DNA from: Naegleria gruberi
Taxonomy: Eukaryota
DNA: 64,000 bases
Assembly: GCA_000004985.1 (NCBI GenBank)
Contig: GG738845.1
Reading direction: 5' to 3' (one strand)
Below, piece by piece: positions 11,782 to 22,414 of the stretch; position 1 is the first letter of the stretch, and the number at the start of each line of letters is the position of its first letter. Made by a program: the position numbers and the translations under genes. The notes under the pieces are model-generated. The model made no database searches, was not told where the DNA came from, and worked only from the letters and a program-made list of their open reading frames with translations.

Positions 11782-11955
11782 TTTTTAAAAGTTGCATTCC
11801 AAATAGCAACATTATATAACTCACCTCATAATGTTTAAACAAGATCAATTTGTAAGAATTCATTACGGGAGAGTTCTTGGTTAACAGAATTGTTGCTAAA
11901 CAAAACCAACAAACAATATAAAATAATATTTTAAATTCACCTTCAATAAAAAAAA

Positions 11956-14900
11956 ATGGGCAAAGACGATGATGAGGTTACCAAGTTTCATGGTTATGAC
12001 TATAGATCCAACTCCAATGTTGTACTAACAACAAAGAGAAAGAAAAGATCACAAAATCAAGAACCATCAGGTGAACCAGAAACGTTGTCCGGTAAGGATT
12101 TACACAGAATGGGTGATCGTGTTATACACTCAAAACCTCCTGCCTCTGCTAAAAAGAAGAAAAAACAGGAGCAAAAATTATCATTTAAAAAAAAACAATC
12201 TATTCTGGACATTAATACTTCTCAAGAGCATTATAATCCAAAAACAGACGAAACTAGGACAGTTTATGAATCAATCTTGGACAAGGTACAACATTATTTA
12301 GGTGATGTTGACCATGATACATTAAGAGGAGCTGTAGATGAAATATTAACAATAATGCATGATGAAAATCAATCTGATCACCAAAAGCAAGAGGAAGTTT
12401 CACAAATATTATCATCAATACCAAGTGATGAGTTTGCAAAACTTTATCAATTATGCAAGCGTACCACTGATTTCGTAGTTAGTGATGTTGTAGGAGATAA
12501 TTATCAAGGAATTGATGAAGGAATAGCTTTAGTTTCATCTGATGAAGAAGAGGATGATGAAACAGAGGGATTGAACAATCAAACTGTTGGATATGTTGTT
12601 TCGTCTGACTCTGAGTCTGATATTTCTGACTCTGAACAACCTACAATAGTGGAATCTTCAAAAATGGAAGATGAAGAAGAAGAAGATTTGGATATTACCA
12701 CTATTGATTCTCTTTGGCTCCAAAAAGAGTTATCTAAGTATTATTCTGATTCTATTGAATGCAAAAAATTATCTAATGGGATTTTAGATATATTATCAAG
12801 CTCTGAAGATGAGCACGACATTGAAAATCAATTGGTTCAGATTTTAGACTATGATAAAATTGATATGGTACAAAAATTGATGAGAAATAGATTAAAAATT
12901 ATTTATTGCACAAGATTACACCAAGCAGCAACGAAAGAAGAAAAGGAAAAGATTGAACAAGAAATGATGACTAATGATAGTTTGGTAAAAATTTTAGAAA
13001 AGTTGAAAGGTACCAAAATTTCATCAGGAAATACTGGTACTTCTAGGGTAGAGAGAGAAAATTATCAATGGAAGGGAGAGAGAGTTATAAATTTGGAAAA
13101 TTTAACTTTTGAAGAGGGTAGTCATTTAATGAGTAATAGAGATTTTACTTTACCAAGTACTGCTTCTACAGCCCAATTCAAAGGTTATGAACAAATTACC
13201 ATTCCATACTCTTCTCAAGATAAACCGCGAGTAGATAATTTAATTGAAATCAAGTCATTACCAGAATGGTCTCACAAAGCATTCCCAAATATGGTTAAGC
13301 TCAATGCTGTACAGAGCATTATTTTCAAATCGGCATTTTATTCCCCTGAAAATTTGTTAATTTGTGCTCCAACTGGTGCTGGTAAGACTAATGTTGCTGT
13401 TTTGACAATGCTTCATGAAATTGGCTTACATATGGATGAAAGTTTTGACAACTTGATAGATTTGGATTTCAAGATGATATATATTGCTCCTATGAAAGCC
13501 TTAGTACAAGAAGTGGTCGGTAACTTAAGCGAGAGATTAAAACCATATAATATTGTTGTACAGGAATTAACAGGTGACAGAAATATGACAAAACAGCAAA
13601 TTGATGAGACTCAAATTATAGTCACAACGCCAGAAAAATGGGATATTGTTACTAGAAAATCTGGAGACAGGACATATGTTGAAAAAGTCAAGTTAATTAT
13701 TATTGATGAAATTCATCTTCTTCATGATGAAAGAGGTCCTGTACTAGAGTCTATTGTTGCTCGTACAATTAGACAACAAGAATCAACAAGACAAAACATT
13801 AGACTAGTAGGATTGAGTGCTACCCTTCCTAATTATAAGGATGTGGCAACATTTTTACGTGTGAAACCAGATAATTTATTTTATTTTGATAGTAGTTTTA
13901 GACCATGTCCTTTGGATCAATATTATATTGGTGTAAATGAAAAGAAGCCATTTAAAAGACACAAGTTAATGAACGAGATTGTGTATAATAAGGTTGTTGA
14001 AATAGCAGGGAAACACCAAATTATTGTGTTTGTACATTCCAGAAAGGATACATACAAAACAGCAAAGGCATTGCGTGATATGGCAATAGAAAATGATACA
14101 ATTGGTAAATTTGTGAAACAAGGTTCAGCTACTTCAGAAATACTTAAAGAGGCATCTCAGAAAGATGCTAATGGAGCAGAGTTAAAGGAATTGCTTTCTT
14201 TTGGGGTTGGCATCCATCACGCAGGTATGACAAGAAATGATCGTACTCTTGTTGAAGATTTATTTGATGATGAACGTTTACAAGTTCTGGTCAGTACGGC
14301 CACTTTAGCTTGGGGTGTTAATCTTCCAGCCAGACGAGTTATTATTAAAGGAACTCAAGTATACAGTCCTGAAAAAGGTGATTGGACAGAACTGAGTGCT
14401 CTGGATGTCATGCAAATGATAGGTCGTGCGGGAAGATTTCCAAGAGATAGTAGGGGTGAAGGTTTAATTGTAACAACCCAATCTCATTTACAGTATTATC
14501 TTGCTTTGCTTAATCAACAATTACCTATTGAAAGTCAGTTTATCAAATCGCTACCAGATAATCTTAACGCTGAGGTTGTTCTTGGAACAGTTCAAAACAT
14601 TGATGAGGCTATCAACTGGCTTGGTTATACCTATCTTTATGTTAGAATGTTGAGAAATCCGCTTCTTTATGGTATTACTAAAGAAGATGTGGAACATGAT
14701 AAGAATCTCTATCATTGGAGAAGAGATTTAGTATATTCTGCTGCATTAATTTTAGAAAAGAACGGACTTATCAAGTTCGATAAAAGATCAGGAGATTTCC
14801 AACCAACAGATTTGGGAAGAGTTGCAAGTCATTACTATGTTACTCACAAGTCAATTGCAACTTTTAATAATAATTTGAAACCAAACTTAAGCGATATTGA

Positions 14901-17900
14901 ATTATTCAGACTATTTTCCCTTTCTGATGAATTTTCTCAAATGACAGTCCGTCAAGAAGAAAAATTAGAATTATCAAAACTTATTCACAGTGTACCTATT
15001 CCTATTAAGGAATCTGCTGATGATCCATCCGCAAAGGTGAATGTGTTACTACAAGCCTACATTTCTAGGTTACGTTTGAATGGGTTTGCATTAATTGCTG
15101 ATATGACCTATATTACTCAGAGTGCTGCTCGTATTGCTAGAGCTTTATTTGAAATTATTATGCATAGAGGATGGGCTCAATTGGCATCAAAGGTTCTTAA
15201 TCTAGCTAAAATGATAGAACACAAGATGTGGTACACACAAACACCACTTAGACAATTCCCAAAGATTGAACAAACCATTCTTAAACAACTAGAGGGAAAG
15301 AACACTCTTTGGGAACGTCTTTATGACTATACTCCTGCAGAACTTGGCAGACTAGTTCACCATAATCAACGTGGAAAAGATTTATACAAGTATATCCATC
15401 AATTCCCTCGTCTTGATCTTACAGCAAGTGTCCAACCAATTACTCCAAGTACTTTAAGAATAGAGTTGACCATTTCTCCTGATTTCCAATATAACAAGAG
15501 TATTCATGGTGCAGCACAAACTTTTTGGATATTTGTAGAGGATGTAGATGGAGAAGTCATTTTACACCATGAATCATTTGTTTTAAAGCAAAAATATGCT
15601 GAAGAGAATCATTTTGTCAGTTTCACCGTTCCAATTTATGAACCGCTTCCTCCTCACTATTTTATCAAAGTAATTTCAGATAGATGGCTGCACTCTGAGC
15701 AAACACTTCCAATATCTTTTAGACATTTAATCTTACCACAAAAAGCTCCTCAAACAACAGAGTTATTAGATTTACCTCCTCTTGAAATATCTGCTCTCAA
15801 GAATGGTAAATATGAACAACTTTTATCAAATATGGGAGTATACAAATTTAATCCTATTCAAACACAAGTTTTTAGATCGGTTTATCACAGCGAGGATAGT
15901 GTTTTAATTGCTGCACCTGGTGGAAGCGGAAAGTCCTTGTGTGGAGTTCTTGCAATAATGAAAATGTTTAATGACCATGAAAATTCAAAGTGTGTGTACA
16001 TTGCTGCTATCCCATCTGTTGCCAATAAGAGAGAAAAGAAATGGATTTCTCTTTTTGAACAAATTGGCAAAAGAGTTGTAAATTTAACAGGAAATTTAGC
16101 CAAAGATATGATTTTATTCGAGCAAGGTGATATTATTATTTCCACTCCCGAACAATTTGATATGTTTTCAAGAAAGTGGAAGGCAAGAAAATCCTTATCC
16201 AATGTAAAATTGGTTGTGGCTGATGAGCTTCATATGATTGGTGGAGAAGTTGGTCCTATTATTGAAGTTGTTATTTCTAGGATTAGGTATATGTCTTCTC
16301 AATTAGAAACCAATATTAGAATTGTAGGACTAAGTGCTTCAATTTTAAATGCAAAGGATGTTGCAGACTGGATTGGTACCAAGAAGGAATGTTGCTTTAA
16401 TTTCCATCCAAGATATAGATCCATACCATTGGAAATCAATATTCAAGGATTTACTCAAAGCTCTTACAATGCCAGACAGGTAGCTATGAGTAAACCTGCG
16501 TATAAGGTAATTAAGCAAAAATCAGGAGGAGAACAAACAATTATATTTACATCTTCTCCAAAACAGGCATCTTTTATCTCATCTGATCTAATTGATCACT
16601 TGAGTAATGACATTAATTCCAAAATATTTGTTGGTGATAGTTCAGCAATTAATCATGCTATTGGTTCAGTTGACAGCTCTGCATTGAAAGAAGTACTAAC
16701 GTTTGGTATTGCTTTCTATCATGAAACTTTAACCAAAAATGACAAGCAAATTGTTGAGGAATTGTATTCTACAGGTGTTATCAAGGTGTTGGTAGTAACA
16801 CATCAAATGTGTTGGGGAATGGAGCAAAAATCAAAACTTGTAATCATTATGGGAACCGAATACTATAATGGCAAAGAACATAGATATACCGATTACTCTA
16901 TTATAGATATGGTACAAATGATGAGTAGGTCTGGTAGAATTGCAGTTGATAAGGACTCGACTTGTTACATTTTCTGTGCAGCCTCAAGAAAAGACTATCT
17001 GTTAAAATTCCTATATGAACCATTCCCAGTAGAATCCCATTTGGATCACTTCCTCTATGATCCTCTAAATGCTGAAATTTCTTCTAAAATTATTGAAAAT
17101 AAGCAAGGTGCTGTTGACTATTTGACTTGGACCTTTCTCTATAGAAGAATTCGTAAAAATCCTAATTATTACAATTTAAGTGGAACAACCAAGATACATT
17201 TATCAGACTATTTGTCCGAGTTGGTGGAATCTTCATTGGAAGAGTTGCAAAAATGTAACTGTATACTTGTTGAAGATGATGAGATAACAGCTATGAACTT
17301 GGGTACAATTGCTGCTCACTATTACGTAAAACATTCCACAATAGAAATTTACAGCACCACAATCAATAGTAAGACCAAGTTGAGAGGTTTATTAGAAGTT
17401 CTGGGTTATTCCACTGAATTTGAGCAATTACCAATTAGACAAAAGGAGAATCACATACTCAGAAAGCTTTTCACACACGCTCCGCTAAAGGTTGAAAAGC
17501 CAAACTATACCCAAGTGTCTACAAAGGTAAATTTGATACTTCAATCCCATTTTTCAAGAACAAGGCTCACACCAGCTATGGAAATGGATAAGAAACAAAT
17601 TCTTCTTCAGTCTGTAAAACTTTTAAGAGCTATGGTTGACGTTATCGGTAATGAAGGTTTTTTAACACCAGCCCTTGCAGCCATGGAAATGTCTCAAATG
17701 ATCACACAAGCATTATGGGATAAGGATCCATTTTTAATGCAATTACCTCATTTTACTAAAGAAATTTGTTCTAGATGTGAACAAGGTGGAATAATTACTA
17801 TTTTTGACTTGATTAACATGGAAGATGATGAAAGAAATCAATTACTTGGATTTGGTGAACAGCAAATGATAGATGTCGCTAAAGCACTCAATAGGTATCC

Positions 17901-18282
17901 GAATATTGAGCTTGCTCATGAAATTGTTACAGCAAATGAGGACATTACAACTAACTCTACAATTACCTTGGCTATTAGATTTGATGCTGATGATGTTGGA
18001 GATGAGCCAATTTATGCACCATATTTCCCAGAAGATAAGCTTGAAGAATGGTGGATTGTTATTGGTGATCATTTTAACAATGAAATCAAGTCGATCAAGC
18101 GATTGCCAATTAAACAATCGAGTGAGACTATGGTTAAATTTTTAGCACCATCTAAACCTGGAAAATATGAATTCAAACTTTATTTCATGTGTGATTCGTA
18201 TACTGGTTGTGATCAGGAATACCCAATTTCATTTACTGTCTTGGAAGGTGAGGATGATGATGAAATGGCAGATGAAAATTAA
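11956..18282 (+). CDS. SNRNP200: U5 snRNP 200-kDa helicase BRR2/SNRNP200 (tandem Ski2-like helicase plus Sec63 cassettes), single exon, 2108 aa
   Basis: One uninterrupted 6.3-kb ORF that lines up with human SNRNP200 at high identity along its whole length. Examples: CAPTGAGKTNVA, IIDEIHLLHDERGPVLE, LVGLSATLPNYKDVATFLRV, VSTATLAWGVNLPA, MQMIGRAGR, the second cassette DELHMIGGEVGPIIE, and the C-terminal FMCDSYTGCDQEY. The N-terminal YDYRSNSNVVL..MGDR matches human YEYKANSNLVL..MGDK. The DEIH (not DEVH) box and Sec63 units favour BRR2 over ASCC3. Confidence 0.95.
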   Translation: MGKDDDEVTKFHGYDYRSNSNVVLTTKRKKRSQNQEPSGEPETLSGKDLHRMGDRVIHSKPPASAKKKKKQEQKLSFKKKQSILDINTSQEHYNPKTDETRTVYESILDKVQHYLGDVDHDTLRGAVDEILTIMHDENQSDHQKQEEVSQILSSIPSDEFAKLYQLCKRTTDFVVSDVVGDNYQGIDEGIALVSSDEEEDDETEGLNNQTVGYVVSSDSESDISDSEQPTIVESSKMEDEEEEDLDITTIDSLWLQKELSKYYSDSIECKKLSNGILDILSSSEDEHDIENQLVQILDYDKIDMVQKLMRNRLKIIYCTRLHQAATKEEKEKIEQEMMTNDSLVKILEKLKGTKISSGNTGTSRVERENYQWKGERVINLENLTFEEGSHLMSNRDFTLPSTASTAQFKGYEQITIPYSSQDKPRVDNLIEIKSLPEWSHKAFPNMVKLNAVQSIIFKSAFYSPENLLICAPTGAGKTNVAVLTMLHEIGLHMDESFDNLIDLDFKMIYIAPMKALVQEVVGNLSERLKPYNIVVQELTGDRNMTKQQIDETQIIVTTPEKWDIVTRKSGDRTYVEKVKLIIIDEIHLLHDERGPVLESIVARTIRQQESTRQNIRLVGLSATLPNYKDVATFLRVKPDNLFYFDSSFRPCPLDQYYIGVNEKKPFKRHKLMNEIVYNKVVEIAGKHQIIVFVHSRKDTYKTAKALRDMAIENDTIGKFVKQGSATSEILKEASQKDANGAELKELLSFGVGIHHAGMTRNDRTLVEDLFDDERLQVLVSTATLAWGVNLPARRVIIKGTQVYSPEKGDWTELSALDVMQMIGRAGRFPRDSRGEGLIVTTQSHLQYYLALLNQQLPIESQFIKSLPDNLNAEVVLGTVQNIDEAINWLGYTYLYVRMLRNPLLYGITKEDVEHDKNLYHWRRDLVYSAALILEKNGLIKFDKRSGDFQPTDLGRVASHYYVTHKSIATFNNNLKPNLSDIELFRLFSLSDEFSQMTVRQEEKLELSKLIHSVPIPIKESADDPSAKVNVLLQAYISRLRLNGFALIADMTYITQSAARIARALFEIIMHRGWAQLASKVLNLAKMIEHKMWYTQTPLRQFPKIEQTILKQLEGKNTLWERLYDYTPAELGRLVHHNQRGKDLYKYIHQFPRLDLTASVQPITPSTLRIELTISPDFQYNKSIHGAAQTFWIFVEDVDGEVILHHESFVLKQKYAEENHFVSFTVPIYEPLPPHYFIKVISDRWLHSEQTLPISFRHLILPQKAPQTTELLDLPPLEISALKNGKYEQLLSNMGVYKFNPIQTQVFRSVYHSEDSVLIAAPGGSGKSLCGVLAIMKMFNDHENSKCVYIAAIPSVANKREKKWISLFEQIGKRVVNLTGNLAKDMILFEQGDIIISTPEQFDMFSRKWKARKSLSNVKLVVADELHMIGGEVGPIIEVVISRIRYMSSQLETNIRIVGLSASILNAKDVADWIGTKKECCFNFHPRYRSIPLEINIQGFTQSSYNARQVAMSKPAYKVIKQKSGGEQTIIFTSSPKQASFISSDLIDHLSNDINSKIFVGDSSAINHAIGSVDSSALKEVLTFGIAFYHETLTKNDKQIVEELYSTGVIKVLVVTHQMCWGMEQKSKLVIIMGTEYYNGKEHRYTDYSIIDMVQMMSRSGRIAVDKDSTCYIFCAASRKDYLLKFLYEPFPVESHLDHFLYDPLNAEISSKIIENKQGAVDYLTWTFLYRRIRKNPNYYNLSGTTKIHLSDYLSELVESSLEELQKCNCILVEDDEITAMNLGTIAAHYYVKHSTIEIYSTTINSKTKLRGLLEVLGYSTEFEQLPIRQKENHILRKLFTHAPLKVEKPNYTQVSTKVNLILQSHFSRTRLTPAMEMDKKQILLQSVKLLRAMVDVIGNEGFLTPALAAMEMSQMITQALWDKDPFLMQLPHFTKEICSRCEQGGIITIFDLINMEDDERNQLLGFGEQQMIDVAKALNRYPNIELAHEIVTANEDITTNSTITLAIRFDADDVGDEPIYAPYFPEDKLEEWWIVIGDHFNNEIKSIKRLPIKQSSETMVKFLAPSKPGKYEFKLYFMCDSYTGCDQEYPISFTVLEGEDDDEMADEN

Positions 18283-18318
18283 TTAAAGGATCATTTAAAT
18301 TCATCGATTGATGTTTAT

Positions 18319-21300
18319 TTACATGTCGGGCGATTGTGCTGTTGAGGAAGAAGGTGACGAGGCTTGTTTGGAGATTGTAGTGGCAGTATTGTCGATTTGT
18401 TGGAGAGAAGTAAACTGGGAGTTTAAACTGGAACTTTGATGAAGATAAGGCATTGGAGGAGAATTAGAAGTAATATAAGTAGGATTAAGGTCAGCAGTGT
18501 TTTCATGGTTATCCATTCTTGTACTTTGCTCACCAGAAAACACTCGTTTTTGGAGAGTTATATGATCAAGAAACTTTTGCTGCTCTTTTAGTTTCCAATC
18601 AGACCTGAGAGAGTCAGTTGGATCCCACAATGAGGACACCCAACCTACTGAATATGGATTTGTAGTTGAAGGTCTATTTTCTTCTTCTCTTGTTTTTTCT
18701 GCCTTTGGCGTGTAGAACCTTTGTTCTGTGGTTGAGCTAGGAACGCTCTTCGTGTCTATGTCATCATAGATTGAGAAATCTTCTTGCATTTCAATATTCT
18801 CTTTTCTCAGGTTTGTTCTTGAGGTTGACCTTCTTGGGGGTGTTATTTGATCAACATCTTGCTCTTTCTCTCCGACTGAGGTCAAATCCATAAACTTTAA
18901 TTGTTCATTAAGAGTCATCTCTGCTTTTCTTATTCGTTCTGAAATAGCAGATATCTCTGCCTTCTCTGATCCTATTTGTTTTCTTGATTTTGTTATTTCT
19001 AATCGTTCCAATTCTAACATCTTCCTTTGATCTTGAAGTTGTTTTTCAAGAGATTTAAGATTCTTTTTTTCTGCAAGATAATTTCTATTGAGGGCTTCTG
19101 CTTCATCTCTCATTTTCTCTGTTTCTGCTTTTTCTTTCATCACTTCTTGGTACTTGAGAGTGACTTGCTCACTATCGGATTGTACTTGGATCAACCTTTG
19201 GGCTAAATGTTCATGCTGTTGATAGAAGGTTTCTTTTTCCTTAATAAGCACAGATTTCAATTCTTCAACATCTCTCCTTTCTCTATCAATGAGATCTCTC
19301 ATTTCTTTAATAAGTCTTCTTTCTTCCTCCAAGCTCTTCTTTTCAGAATTCACTTGGGATTCTCTTTCGAATAGTTCTTTCATTCTTGATGTGTGTTCAA
19401 TTCTGGCAGATTCACGTTCGGCTAATGCTTCTTTTTGTAGTCTTGACAACTTTGAACGTTCTTCTTGAGTATCCACAATAAACTGTTGCCTCTCTACAAT
19501 GAATCTAGCTTTATCTTCATCTAGTCTTTCTCTCATTTCATAAATTTCTCGCATCTTGGTTTCAAATTCTTTTTCATAGTTTTTCTTTTTTTCTTCTAAC
19601 TCTCGTTCCTTCTTTAGGGTTTGTAGTCTTTCATCTTCATAGTTCTTTTGAATCGATTTCATATTCGTTTCCATCTCTACGTATAGAACTTGAATTCTAG
19701 ATCTCTCGGTGGCCAATTCTTCCTTTTGTTTTTGATGGGATTTTTCAGTCTCGGAAATAAGTCTCTCTCTAACTACAAGGTGATCTTCTTTTTGTTTGAA
19801 GACTTTCATTTGATCCTCGTAGAGTCTATGGTGAAGAGTTTCTACTGAGTGAGCATTCACTTCTATTTTCTTAATGAGATCATTTAAAGATGATTCTACT
19901 TGAATGTTTTTCATCTTTTTATCGTATTCCTCCTTCAATATTCTTTTATGCTCCTCAACTTCCTCTTTTTGTCTTTGCTGGATGGCCATCTTTTCCATTT
20001 CATGAAGTTTATGAATCTGATCAATTTCCATTTGATTTCTTCTTTTCAAGTTTTCCATCTCGGTGGATATTGTTAAATCAGCTCTCTCTTTTTCTCTGAG
20101 TAATCTGGATGTAAATCCCTCTGAATCCTCTTGGATTTTCAGTTCTTTTTGTCTTACTTCTTCTTTTAACTGTTCAATTTTGAGATGAGATTTCTGAATT
20201 GTTGTTTCAAACTCTATTCTAACATTATTAACTGTTGCCTGTTTCTCTTGCTCGAAATTTAACTTCATCCTATGTATCATTTCTTCATGCTCTTGTTTTA
20301 ATTCATTGACAATATTTTTTTCTTTCAACTCGTATTCAAGTTGTTTTTTTGCATGTTCTTTGAGTTGAATTTCTTGTTGTTGGATGGTTTTTTGAAGGTC
20401 ATCTATTTGGGAAATCAACTTTGACCGTTCTTCTAGGAACTCTTGTTTTAATTCCATTTTTAGTAATCCAGAAATGTTTTCCAAATCTTCTTTTACCAAG
20501 CTCCGTTGTACAACATGTGGTGGATTGTCTATCCTTTTTGGAGAAGGAATTGGAAGTGATTTTTGGCGTGGAGAGGATGAAAGATCAGATAGTTTGATTG
20601 GTGATGAAGTCTTGTTGGAGGATGTATTTGAAGGTTGTTGTTGAATCTTGGTACTTTGTCTACTTTTAGGCACTTCCTCAGGATCAAGATAACTCAGCGA
20701 TTTTCTCCCATGTTCCTCCATTGGATCTGCAAAGTCAAAATCATCATCAAAAACTTCTTCCTCCTCAACAGTTTCTTCCATATGACCATCCTCAAAGTCA
20801 GTAAAGTTCTCTAGGTCTGTATCTTCAGCCCTAGGTTGCTCAATAGATCCTCTAAACGAATCATCAAAATCACTTTCAATAAAGTCCTCATCTTCTATTA
20901 TTTCCTCTTCAAAATCATTATTTTGTTTCTTTTGTCTGTTGTCACGTTCTCTTTTTTCTTTTTCTTCTCTTTCTCTCCTTTCCCTTATTTCTCTTTCTTT
21001 TCTCTCTTTTTCTTCACGTTCTCGTCTCTCTTTTTCGAGTCTTTCCTTTTCTTCTCGTTGCTTTTTTTCTTTAACTTCATTTTCTTCTCGTTGCTTTCTC
21101 TCCCTCTCTTCCCTTTCAATTTTTTCTTTTCTATCTCTTTCAATTTTTTCTTTTTCCTTCCTCTCTCTTTCCTTTTGCTCAAATTCTTCCCTTTCTCGTC
21201 TCTCCTGTTCCCTTTGTTTCCTTTCTCTTTCTTCTCTTTCCATTTTTTCTTTTCTATCTTGTTCTAATCTTTCTCTTTCTTGACGTTCCCTATCTTCTCT

Positions 21301-22197
21301 ATCTCTCCTCTCCTGATCTTCCCTCTGTTTTCTCTCTCTTTCTTCTCTTTCAATCTTTTCTTGCTCCCTTTCTTTTCTTTCCTTTTCCTCTTTTTCTTTG
21401 ATTTTCAAAATCTCTTTTTCTTGTTCTTCCATTAACTGATCATCATCAAAGTCGAAATCGTCCTCAATAGAAGATGGAGATTTTGATTTCTTTTTAGTTT
21501 TTTTCTCATTCTTAAAATCAGGAACAGTAAATCCAGAGGGCCTTTTGCTTGAGTTGGGTCGTTTTGATCTTGCAAAATCAAATGAGTAAGCATCTTGTTT
21601 ATCATTTTTTGGTGAAGGGGCTTTCTTCTTGTCCTTCTTTTTTGTTTCTTTTTTGGTTACCGGGTTGAAATCATCCAGGCCAAGCATTTCTCCAACTTCG
21701 TCATCATCAATATCTGAAAACTATCAAAATTATGATTAATACTCTTACAACAAAAAATAACATACACCAGATGTAGAAACATTCTCATCAGTATTTTCTG
21801 TATTGGTATTGGAATTTTTCTTTCCAAATAGATCCACATTAATCTTTGTTAATGATCCAGATGAGCTGGATGATGCATTACTTTTGGAAGATTTGTTTGA
21901 ATTTTTCCTAGAAACTTGATCTGAACTATTTTTCTTTCCTAATAAACCTCCAACAGATGTTAGATCATTTGTACTTTCCGATTCATCTTCACTGGCTGAG
22001 TCCCTTGTTGCTGAAAAGACTTCTCCAAAATCATTACTTCCAAGTATCATGTTAGATTTTCTTGTGTTGGTTGTATTTTTCTTGAATTTTGATCCAAGAT
22101 TAAAACCAAAATTAAAGTCATTGCTATCGTTAGACCCAGAGGAACTAATGGATGAACGTGATGATTTTCCTCTTGGCAGAGATGTCAATCCACTCAT
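18319..22197 (-). CDS. large coiled-coil protein with N-terminal S/N-rich region and an (E/R/K)-rich repeat block; function unknown. Two exons: complement(join(18319..21720,21766..22197)), about 1277 aa
   Basis: A 1122-codon ORF plus an upstream exon are joined by a 45-bp GTATGT..GATAG intron (21721..21765) in phase 0, giving ...NVSTSG|FSDIDDDEVGEMLGLDDF.... The real ATG is at 22197 (KKMSGLTS); the track's earlier M at 22230 is a TTG. The central region has repeats of EKIEREERERKQRE. A long heptad-like region (LKEHAKKQLEYELKEK...) predicts coiled coil. I recognise no family. Confidence 0.55.
20940..21420. repeat. about 480-bp strand-asymmetric polypyrimidine (plus) / polypurine (minus) low-complexity tract with imperfect internal tandem repeats; it encodes the E/R/K repeat block of the coiled-coil protein
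   Basis: The plus strand is almost only C and T (for example cttctcgttgcttt twice, ttcaattttttctttt twice). The minus-strand codons are GAA, AGA, AAG and GAG, giving EKIEREERERKQRE units. Confidence 0.7.
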
Positions 22198-22207
22198 TTT
22201 TTTATTG

Positions 22208-22240
22208 TTTTGGCGGGAAAAGTTGTACAAAATTTGGCGC
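22208..22240 (-). promoter_or_regulatory. composite promoter motif: palindromic E2F-like site TTTTGGCGGGAAAA, then TTGTACAA, then a second E2F-like site TTTGGCGC; 11-43 bp upstream of the coiled-coil gene ATG in a 217-bp divergent intergenic region shared with syntaxin
   Basis: Read directly from the sequence at 22208-22240. TTTSSCGC matches the E2F consensus, and TTGGCGGGAAAA is the same sequence I recall for the human MYC P2 E2F site. A CCAAT box lies at 22245-22249. On the gene strand the order is GCGCCAAA-TT-TTGTACAA. A near-identical arrangement occurs at 25596-25618. Confidence 0.45.
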
Positions 22241-22414
22241 TAAACCAATATTGTTAATCATGTTAATGATTGATTTGTTCTGATCTGAATTATTGACAGA
22301 AATAAGGGCCATAATTAATAACATATTCAAACTTAATTAAGGGTGACAATTCCAATTCATTTAGACTCCTTTTCCAACGGCCTTATTCTTACAACCTCAC
22401 TACCGCCAAAAAAA

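Noticed and set aside
12071-18145. Short ORFs within or antisense to BRR2 (12071..12301, 12254..12439, 15885..16202, 17842..18117, 17873..18145)
   Set aside because: They are embedded in a 2108-codon ORF that aligns to SNRNP200 end to end.
19890-21283. ORFs 19890..20099, 20836..21267, 20939..21283 (+) and 20985..21182 (-) with poly-F/S/L or poly-K/E translations
   Set aside because: These are translations of the polypyrimidine/polypurine tract in the wrong frame or strand. The real gene is the minus-strand coiled-coil CDS.
22230-22230. ORF-track Met starts at 22230, 22583, 23729, 25591 and 25926
   Set aside because: At these positions the DNA is TTG, not ATG; the ORF caller evidently allows alternative starts. 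True ATGs were taken at 22197, 22415 (with spliced first exon), 23750, 25669 and the spliced CFAP57 exon 1.
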